Of a stretch of 12,729 nucleotides of DNA, positions 1-6,508 are shown one piece after another (the first letter of the stretch is position 1; each line of letters opens with the position of its first letter). The stretch covers positions 1 through 12,729 of the forward strand of contig CAZMIT010000043.1 in the NCBI GenBank assembly GCA_964566495.1, in the 5' to 3' direction. The notes beneath the pieces are model-generated. The model did no database searches. It was not told where the DNA came from and saw only the letters and a list, made by a program, of their open reading frames with translations. The stretch is from an uncultured bacterium. Its GTDB lineage: Bacteria; T1Sed10-126. A program made the translations under genes and the position numbers.

Positions 1-616
1 TTTTTTGCACCGGTTGGAGATCAGCCGCACTGCGGACAAACGAAAGCGCAACCATATCGAAGTCGTTGTTCACCGCTCTTTCAAGTTCCTCACGGTCTTC
101 AGCAGTTAAAGCTGGCAGACTTACGTCGCTGTCCGGTAAATTGACACCTTTATTGGAGCCTATATCGCCCCCGTAAACCACCTCCGCCCTTAACCCGGTT
201 TTTCCAACCTCTTTAACTTTCAGTTGGATTTGACCGTCGGCAATAAATATATCGTGACCTTCCTCAAGATCCGTAAGCAGACTGTCTAAATTTATTGGCA
301 GTCCCGGACCGTCCGACTCATCTTCTCCCGAATGAAATTCTACCTCCTCACCACTTTCTAAGCGTCGTTCATCCTTCAACTCGCCCAACCGTATCTTTGG
401 ACCCTGCAGGTCGGCAAGACAGGCGACCGGTTTACTGGCTTCTTCACTTTTCTGTCTGATTTTTTTAACAAGCGGTAGAAAATCGCTAACTGAACCGTGA
501 CTGAAGTTGAACCTGAAACCATCAACACCGGCCTCAATCATTTCCTCCAGCTTCTCCGACTCCCAACTGGCCGGTCCCACCGTCGCCAATACCTTACATC
601 TTCTCCTTTGACTCAT
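1..616 (-). CDS. pyk: Pyruvate kinase, N-terminal part (runs off the left edge; not in the ORF track)
   Basis: Manual translation from ATG at 616-614 gives MSQRRRCKVLATVGPASWESEKLEEMIEAGVDGFRFNFSHG...ACLADLQGPKIRLGEL...IFIADGQIQL...KGVNLPDSDVSLPALT...DMVALSFVRSAADL. These are the canonical pyruvate kinase motifs. Purine-rich GAGGAG/GGGG lies upstream. Confidence 0.97.
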   Translation of the reverse strand, partial: MSQRRRCKVLATVGPASWESEKLEEMIEAGVDGFRFNFSHGSVSDFLPLVKKIRQKSEEASKPVACLADLQGPKIRLGELKDERRLESGEEVEFHSGEDESDGPGLPINLDSLLTDLEEGHDIFIADGQIQLKVKEVGKTGLRAEVVYGGDIGSNKGVNLPDSDVSLPALTAEDREELERAVNNDFDMVALSFVRSAADLQPVQK

Positions 617-682
617 CTGTTCCCCTGCTCCTCATTCATATATTTTTATGATTTTACAACCCCCAATTCCCTCCGCTTCCTC

Positions 683-764
683 CGCATCTTATCACCCCCC
701 TTTGTTTTTCCCCCTCAAGGGGAGAAAGCTCGAAGAGGCGAGCTTGCGAGCAGGCGAAGATGCG
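683..764. repeat. Composite palindromic element upstream of pyk
   Basis: An outer 8-bp inverted repeat CGCATCTT (683-690) / AAGATGCG (757-764) encloses the hairpin TTTTTCCCC-CTCAA-GGGGAGAAA (705-727) and the hairpin AAGCTCG-N6-CGAGCTT (726-745). Confidence 0.6.
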
Positions 765-791
765 CAAGACCGAAAATCAAGTTCAAGTTCA

Positions 792-833
792 AGATGGATT
801 CCGGCTCGGAGGCCGGAATGACATCAAGTTCAA
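792..833 (+). repeat. REP/dRS3-like palindromic repeat, copy 1
   Basis: AGATGG-ATTCCGGC-TCGGAG-GCCGGAAT-GAC has an 8-bp stem. Positions 798-833 match 911-946 at 35/36 nt. Confidence 0.85.
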
Positions 834-910
834 GAGCATGAACAAGATTATGCGCACTTAATGAATTTGAATTTGCTTTCAGCTTTTGGCTTTGAGCTTT
901 AAGCTGGTAT

Positions 911-946
911 ATTCCGGCTCGGAGGCCGGAATGACATCAAATTCAA
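911..946 (+). repeat. REP/dRS3-like palindromic repeat, copy 2
   Basis: ATTCCGGCTCGGAGGCCGGAATGACATCAA (911-940) is identical to 798-827. Confidence 0.85.
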
Positions 947-962
947 ACTTGACCCAACTCTC

Positions 963-993
963 GTCATTGCGGACCACGATCCGCAATCCATCT
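963..993 (-). repeat. REP/dRS3-like palindromic repeat, copy 3 (inverted, diverged)
   Basis: The reverse complement reads AGATGG-ATTGCGGA-TCGTGG-TCCGCAAT-GAC. Flanks, stem length and loop length match copy 1, with two compensatory base-pair changes. Confidence 0.8.
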
Positions 994-998
994 GAAGT

Positions 999-1142
999 TC
1001 AGTATTCAGTAATCGGTGATCGGTATTCGGTTGCTTCAACACCAACTTTCGACACCGGAACTTACAATCTGTAAGCTGTGATCAGTGGCTGACGTTTGAT
1101 CTTGAAGTTACTGATTACCGACTACTGATTACCGATTACCGG
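999..1142. repeat. Two inverted arrays of five heptamers (TCRGTAW-like)
   Basis: 999-1033: tcagtat tcagtaa tcggtga tcggtat tcggttg. 1108-1142: ttactga ttaccga ctactga ttaccga ttaccgg. The pairing extends inward through CTTCAA (1034-1039) / TTGAAG (1102-1107). Confidence 0.85.
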
Positions 1143-1177
1143 TCTTGTCTCCCCATGGTTTCTCGCACTTGATTTCG

Positions 1178-1209
1178 CCTAATCTCCTAATATCCTCATC
1201 TCCTAATCA
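1178..1209. repeat. Tandem octamer array (4 x CCTAATCT-like)
   Basis: cctaatct cctaatat cctcatct cctaatca. Confidence 0.8.
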
Positions 1210-1301
1210 CGGATTTCCTACTCTTACCGATTACTGCTCCCTGTACTTGATCTTGATTGATATGAACTTGCGCCCAATCACCCGCTCGCCCCTTCGAGAA
1301 C

Positions 1302-1796
1302 TTACGCGTGGTTATCAGCCAAAATAGCGGCACAGTATGCCTCCGGTTTTGTTCGCACCTCGTAGCCACAACCACTAATCATGCCGGCGATTTCATTAAT
1401 CATCTCTCCCGTCGCCCCGTTTCGACCAATATCCACGTGAACCTCCAGGTTAAAATCCGGCACGTCGGTGAGCTGCGCCAGCCGCGGGTCAAGCGCCTCG
1501 GTCAGCTCCGTTACTAACCTCAGGCTGGCCTCTGCCTCCACCTGGATTCGCGGTCGCAGGGCCTGGAAACGCCGCCGGTAAAATTGGTGCCAGTAGTAGC
1601 GACCACCACATCCCTTGCGATGTAGCGCTACCACGGAGACAAATGAAGAGCGGTCCGCCAATTGACGCGAATCCGTGCCCACCGCCAGCAGATAAGGTCG
1701 GCAGGGGTCCGCCTGAAAATATTTAATTACCTCAGAAACTATTTCCTTACCCTCAAACACGCCTTTGCTCGGACTTCGAAAAGTGTAGTCCATCAC
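1302..1796 (-). CDS. Ribonuclease H-like protein, YkuK/DUF458 family
   Basis: Motifs VGTDS, VALHRKGCGGRYY, LRPRIQVEAEASL, LEVHVDIGRNGAT and KPEAYCAAILAD fit this family. GTG start with GGGAG 8 nt upstream; an alternative ATG is at 1793. Confidence 0.88.
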   Translation of the reverse strand: MMDYTFRSPSKGVFEGKEIVSEVIKYFQADPCRPYLLAVGTDSRQLADRSSFVSVVALHRKGCGGRYYWHQFYRRRFQALRPRIQVEAEASLRLVTELTEALDPRLAQLTDVPDFNLEVHVDIGRNGATGEMINEIAGMISGCGYEVRTKPEAYCAAILADNHA

Positions 1797-1850
1797 TTGT
1801 CCACTCCCTTTATAACTACTGGTTCAGTTAATTGTATTTGACTTGAGGCA

Positions 1851-1879
1851 ATTTTAATATGAATTTTTCAAAAAAACAA
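1851..1879 (-). promoter_or_regulatory. Candidate sigma70-type promoter for the YkuK-like gene
   Basis: Minus strand TTGTTT (1879-1874) - 17 nt - TAAAAT (1856-1851), about 55 nt upstream of the start codon. Confidence 0.4.
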
Positions 1880-1913
1880 CTACTGTCTTATTGAACCCGG
1901 AACCTACCGACGT

Positions 1914-2177
1914 TCCCCTCTCCCCCTGGGGGGAGAGGGTTAGCCCGGATAATGCACGACAGCATAACTGTCGTGCATTATCCGTCCGAAGGACAGCCGT
2001 TTATAGACTTCTTGTTGGATATTAAACAAAATATTATTATTGCAGTTATTTTTACAGCCTGTAACTTACCAGTTGTTCTGTAAACGGCTGGGTTAACCCC
2101 GCCCATTTGATGAATGGGCGGCCCTTTGGGCGGTCTATGCATAGGGTTCATGCATAGGCCGGGTTAGGGGAGGGGGA
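1914..2177. repeat. Nested palindromic element: a CCCTCTCCC..GGGAGAGGGTTAGGG-type hairpin repeat interrupted by two cloverleaf units
   Basis: Host hairpin CCCTCTCCCC-CTGG-GGGGAGAGGG (1916-1939) with its tail GGGGAGGGGG displaced to 2167-2176. GGGTTA recurs at 1937-1942, 2090-2095 and 2161-2166. Stems at 1946-1962/1968-1984 (17 bp, perfect), 1994-2007/2077-2090 (13/14), 2099-2107/2113-2121 (9 bp) and 2131-2142/2150-2161 (11/12). Confidence 0.85.
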
Positions 2178-2300
2178 CCGGTGGAAAGTTTTGCATTGAT
2201 CCGAAAATGGAAGAAACGCAATATCGTTTTAAAATAGCTCGTGATAGGTTAAAATTTTCGTTTAAGAAAGGTAATCATGTTCCGAAAGGACTAACCAACA

Positions 2301-3272
2301 ATGATTGACCTTGAAAATCTTGGTCGAATAGGAGTCGGCATACGTCCCTCCATAAACGAATTAATTGGTCCCGGTTCCACTGTCCGCGAAATTATAGAGG
2401 CATCGTTGGAACAGGGTCTCAACCTGATAGATCTTGCCAAGAACCTGGGGCTCGCTCGCGTTGAGAAAGAATTATGTAAAATACTGCGGGAGCTTGACTG
2501 TCGAGATAAATTATTCATCATCACCAAGGGCGGAATAAAACGCGACGAGCAGGGCCTATTGCGTCCTGACGGCCGGCCTGAGAATATACGCACCGGCGTC
2601 AACGAAAGCCTTGAATTGCTGGGGCTGGACGTCCTCGACTGCTACCAGATCTACTGGCCGGACGATAATGTTCCCCTCTCTGAAACAATTGGTGTCCTCG
2701 ACGAATTGCGAGAACAGGGGAAAATTCGTTATACCGGCGTTACCAACTTTACTCCCGAACAGATTGAAGCGGCGGAAGAGGGCGGTAAGATCGATTTTGT
2801 CCAGTTCCCCTACAGCCTCTTCCAACTCCAGGCTGAAAGCGATCTACTCCCCTACTGCAGGGATAAAAACCTACGACGGGTCGCTTACGGTGTGCTCTGT
2901 CGTGGCCTCTTAACCGACGATTTCCTCGAAGCCGGCGAGCTGGAATACGATACCCTGGGGAGCAATCTGGCGCATGTCCGCGACAACTTCTCGATCTACC
3001 GCCATACTGTCCACCAGATCGCTAAATATTTTGAAGAGGAAAACGGCGGCGGCCCTCTCGCCTCCTCGATGATTTCATGGGTCCTGGCCCAACCCAACAT
3101 TGACCACGCCATCACAGTCGCTCACAATAAAAAACAGGTTGAAGTTATAGCCCGAGCTCGCGAGATAAGCCTGAGCCAGGATCAGATAACTGAAATCTCC
3201 TCGATCGTTCGCGAAATAGTTGGGGGAAACGTAGACCGCGACTTTGTAATTCCACCCCATGCTTCCGACTAA
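2301..3272 (+). CDS. Aldo/keto reductase-fold protein with a degenerate catalytic tetrad
   Basis: Motifs GLNLID, IITKGG, SLELLGLDVLDCYQIYWPD, GKIRYTGVTNF, QFPYSLF, AYGVLCRGLLT and WVLAQP. AAAGGA ribosome-binding site at 2285-2290. Confidence 0.9.
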   Translation: MIDLENLGRIGVGIRPSINELIGPGSTVREIIEASLEQGLNLIDLAKNLGLARVEKELCKILRELDCRDKLFIITKGGIKRDEQGLLRPDGRPENIRTGVNESLELLGLDVLDCYQIYWPDDNVPLSETIGVLDELREQGKIRYTGVTNFTPEQIEAAEEGGKIDFVQFPYSLFQLQAESDLLPYCRDKNLRRVAYGVLCRGLLTDDFLEAGELEYDTLGSNLAHVRDNFSIYRHTVHQIAKYFEEENGGGPLASSMISWVLAQPNIDHAITVAHNKKQVEVIARAREISLSQDQITEISSIVREIVGGNVDRDFVIPPHASD

Positions 3273-3313
3273 TTACCAAAAAACAAGACGTCTAAGAACG
3301 AGAACCACTAATA

Positions 3314-3628
3314 ATGTCGGCTAAAAGAAAGGATACCGGGCAGCGATCAGTAGCTGATATTTACAGAGCAGTTGCGATGAGCTACGACGAAAAAAAAGAG
3401 GAAGCGCCCCGCGTACGAGCAAAAGGGGCGGGCGATCTGGCGGATAGAATTGTAGAGCTTGCCGAACAGCATGACATCCCTCTCTACGAAGACCCCGATC
3501 TGACCGAACTACTCTTTCAGCTTGACCTGGACCAGCAAATTCCCGTCTCACTTTACGAAGCTGTCGCTGAAGTTTTTGCCTTCCTCTACCGCCTCAACCG
3601 GGAAGCAAAAGAATCAAATAAAAATTAA
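3314..3628 (+). CDS. Stand-alone FlhB C-terminal-domain protein (EscU/YscU/HrcU export-switch family, YlqH/FlhX-like)
   Basis: AVAMSYD...APRVRAKGAGDLADRIVELAEQHDIPLYEDPDL...IPVSLYEAVAEVFAFLY matches the FlhB cytoplasmic C-terminal pattern. No transmembrane segments. Confidence 0.92.
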   Translation: MSAKRKDTGQRSVADIYRAVAMSYDEKKEEAPRVRAKGAGDLADRIVELAEQHDIPLYEDPDLTELLFQLDLDQQIPVSLYEAVAEVFAFLYRLNREAKESNKN

Positions 3629-6508
3629 CTCCTTGATTTTTTTCTTTGTCAACGGCTGAATCGGTGGCTCAGGCTCCTCATTCTGTGTGTAAAATAACTG
3701 CGCCTTTACCTCTTTCTCCGCTTCCAGTTCTCTTAAAACGTGATAATAGACGCTTAGCTGCTTGATGTATTCGGACTCGGCCCCTCGCTCCAGATCGGTC
3801 TTGTAATCAACTATCCGTACCTCATTTTCTCCGTAGAGTAGTAGGTCAATCTTCCCGGAAAGTAGTATCCGACGGCCATTAACTTCAAGCGGCAGCAGAC
3901 AGGACTCCTCCACTTTTAGCTCGTATCTGTCTTTTATCTCCTCAAGCCACTTCTTTACGTTCTTTTGGTCCTCGTTGGCCGCCTCTAACTGCTCGCCCAG
4001 CGTTATCTTCTCCGCAAATTCATGCAACGCACTCCCAAATTTTTTGCCACGACCGCTTTCTTCAACCTCCACCTCTTCCATCAGATCATGTACTGAAAGC
4101 TTAATCCCACCGGTAGTCTTAACTGGCTGATAATTGAGATTACTCCTCTTTTTGTCGACAGCCTCAACCGCCTCTACCTCCGGCGCTTCGATTTCTTCAG
4201 GCACAAGCGGCGGGCATAGGTTTTTAAAGAAAGGACTCTCTTTGTCCGTCTCCGCTGTGAGAAATAAGTAATCCCGGGCCCGGGTCAGGGCCACATACAT
4301 CAGCCGTCGCTCCTCGTCGTATTCGCTCGCAGTCAGCGGCAATAGCATTGTGCTCGGCCAGCAGTCGTATGTGAACGGCCGCGGCTCCTCAGCATAAATT
4401 TTTCTCTGCCGGAGCCCCAGCGGCTCCCGGTATTCGATCGCCGGACTTCTCCCCCCCTGGGCGGGAAAATGCCGACTGTTTATATCAACCAGAAAAACCA
4501 CCGGGTATTCCAAACCCTTGGCAGCGTGTATTGTTTGAACGGTAACTGCCTCCTCGTGATCGCTGCTAATTTCATCGGTCCTCGCCGCTTCCAGACTATC
4601 CTCCATGTAATTTATAATTTCCCCAGGATTAAAGTGAGTATCACGGGCGGTTGTATAGAGATGTTCAATTAGTCGACCGGGTATTTCACCCCTGTACCCA
4701 TAACGACGAAAAACCCGGTGCGCAACGGCGGCCAGCCAGCGGTGCACGGATCCTGAGTATAAATCCAACAACTGCTCACGAAACTCTTTGAAATGGCCGG
4801 GACAACATTGGTAGGGATGCTCAACGTCACGCAGAAATTCCTCCAGTTCAGCGAGCTTATAACCCGCTTCCTCAAGGATAACTGCCCAGCCCCGGCGGGA
4901 ATTCTCATCCTCCAGCACACGTAACCAGGCAAGCAATGTAAGAGCCGGGTCGGTTTTAAACAACTCCACCCCCCCCTCGTAAGTCAGGGGAACACCCAGT
5001 TTCCGCGCTGTCTCCTGCAGCGTAAGACCAAACTTGCGATTACGAGTAAGAACAGTTATATCACCGTAGGTTATCTGCCGTCCCTCTCCCTCATCACCAA
5101 TTAAATATTCTTCGTTACCTACAATTTCGTTTATTTTTTCCAGTATAGCTTCCGGTTCCTCTGCGGACTTCAACCCCTGGATAGCGGTGTCAGCCGGATT
5201 CCGCTGGGCGCTCAGACCGGTCACACTGGCAAGTATTTCCTCCGCCTCCAGATCCTCATCCTGGCGCCCCGGCAGAATTAATCCCTGCTCAGAAAAGTCC
5301 AGTATCTCTTGTGAGGAACGGTAATTATCGCTCAGGGAAATGTCCTCTACCCCGTCAACCGGATAGTCTATTCGCTGCCGGTCGGCGTTCAACTCCTCCC
5401 GATAGCGATTCAGACGGGACCGAAATCTAGTAATATTTTTAACGGAGGCATACTGAAAGCTGTAGATACTTTGCTTCCAGTCGCCAACCGCACAGATGTT
5501 GTTGGTCCCGGCAAGCAGTAACGTCAGCTTAAACTGGATCTCGCTCGTGTCCTGGAACTCGTCGACCATCACGTAACGGTAGCGACACTGTTCACGCACC
5601 GCAGAATCCTCAGCCAGCAACACGTAGGCAAACATCATAAGGAAGCCAAAGTTCAGGTAGTCCTGCTGTAAACAGTAGGCTATATATTCCGAGTAGAGGC
5701 TGTGCAAAAAATATTTCAGCTCACCCCGGTCGTCTTCAAAGGCAGTCGCCAGCAGATCAGGCGCCACCTGTTTGTTTGACTCGCCACCTGCCAGTTCCTC
5801 CCAGTCTGGCGCCGACGGCCGAAAACAACGGTCCCGCCAGGACGCCTTTACCCGGTTGAGCAGCGGCGACTGAGTTGGCCCCCGTGAACCCGGTCCCGGG
5901 GCATTCTCAACTTCCAGTAGCTCCTCAAAACGCTGCCGGTCTCCGTCCAGGTAATCCTCGCCGCTGCCATACCAGTCGGTTCCCTCGCCCCGCCTGGGAA
6001 AAATCCCCTTGGCGGCCAGTGATTTTAACAGGTCTAACAGCTCCGACCGCTCGTAAACAAGATTAAAAAATTTCCTGAAGTCGGAATGGTTTTCCAGAAA
6101 AGAATCCGTGAAACGACGAAACTGACGCTCTTCGAGCAAGCTGTTCTCAAGCAATTTTGTCGACGTGGTTATTTTCTCCTCAAAACCAAGGTGCGCTGGC
6201 GCGGAAAAACCGTGTTCCTGCAGAATACGGTTGCAGAGGCTATGGAAGGTGGAAATAGGCGCTTCCTTCAGCTTTAGAGGATCAACCTGCTGCCGGCAGA
6301 GGTTCATTACCCGGTCCTTCATCTCGGCGGCCGCACTGTTAGTGAAGGTGATAAAAAGCAACTGTGAGGGAGACAGGGATGTCGTCTCCAGCAGATGGGC
6401 ATAGCGGCGCACAAGCGCAAACGTCTTCCCCGTCCCCGCCCCTGCGTCGACAAGATAAATCCCCGGCCCGGCTTCGATCAGTCGCCGCTGGTTTTCATTC
6501 GGTTCCAT
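3614..6508 (-). CDS. UvrD/REP (SF1A) helicase fused to a C-terminal PD-(D/E)XK nuclease (AddA/AdnB-like)
   Basis: Walker A AGAGTGKT, ITFTNSAAAEM, STFHSLC, Walker B VDEFQD, VGDWKQSIYSF, NYRS, TIHAAKGLEY and EERRLMYVALTRA. Nuclease motifs GSALHE, GKIDLL, IVDYKT and QLSVY. Confidence 0.95.
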   Translation of the reverse strand: MEPNENQRRLIEAGPGIYLVDAGAGTGKTFALVRRYAHLLETTSLSPSQLLFITFTNSAAAEMKDRVMNLCRQQVDPLKLKEAPISTFHSLCNRILQEHGFSAPAHLGFEEKITTSTKLLENSLLEERQFRRFTDSFLENHSDFRKFFNLVYERSELLDLLKSLAAKGIFPRRGEGTDWYGSGEDYLDGDRQRFEELLEVENAPGPGSRGPTQSPLLNRVKASWRDRCFRPSAPDWEELAGGESNKQVAPDLLATAFEDDRGELKYFLHSLYSEYIAYCLQQDYLNFGFLMMFAYVLLAEDSAVREQCRYRYVMVDEFQDTSEIQFKLTLLLAGTNNICAVGDWKQSIYSFQYASVKNITRFRSRLNRYREELNADRQRIDYPVDGVEDISLSDNYRSSQEILDFSEQGLILPGRQDEDLEAEEILASVTGLSAQRNPADTAIQGLKSAEEPEAILEKINEIVGNEEYLIGDEGEGRQITYGDITVLTRNRKFGLTLQETARKLGVPLTYEGGVELFKTDPALTLLAWLRVLEDENSRRGWAVILEEAGYKLAELEEFLRDVEHPYQCCPGHFKEFREQLLDLYSGSVHRWLAAVAHRVFRRYGYRGEIPGRLIEHLYTTARDTHFNPGEIINYMEDSLEAARTDEISSDHEEAVTVQTIHAAKGLEYPVVFLVDINSRHFPAQGGRSPAIEYREPLGLRQRKIYAEEPRPFTYDCWPSTMLLPLTASEYDEERRLMYVALTRARDYLFLTAETDKESPFFKNLCPPLVPEEIEAPEVEAVEAVDKKRSNLNYQPVKTTGGIKLSVHDLMEEVEVEESGRGKKFGSALHEFAEKITLGEQLEAANEDQKNVKKWLEEIKDRYELKVEESCLLPLEVNGRRILLSGKIDLLLYGENEVRIVDYKTDLERGAESEYIKQLSVYYHVLRELEAEKEVKAQLFYTQNEEPEPPIQPLTKKKIKELIFI

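Noticed and set aside
613..639. 8-codon ORF (MNEEQGNR) overlapping the pyk start by ATGA
   Set aside because: It has no SD of its own and is explained by the purine-rich pyk RBS. There is no support without ribosome profiling.
798..946. Two 36-nt palindromic direct repeats as a mini CRISPR array
   Set aside because: There are only two copies, the 77-nt spacer is made of low-complexity hexamers, a third relative is inverted, and no cas genes are in the window. A REP-like repeat fits better.
1289..1301. CCCCTTCGAGAAC as a fragment of another palindromic repeat family
   Set aside because: Too short, and it has no partner arm.
497..1327. Plus-strand ORFs 497-841, 886-1074 and 1145-1327
   Set aside because: They are antisense to pyk or run through repeats. 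The shared peptide SGSEAGMTS is just the translated repeat.
1937..2170. GTTAG/GTTAA junctions as integron attC sites
   Set aside because: They do not fit RYYYAAC...GTTRRRY with L boxes, and there are no cassette ORFs or integrase.
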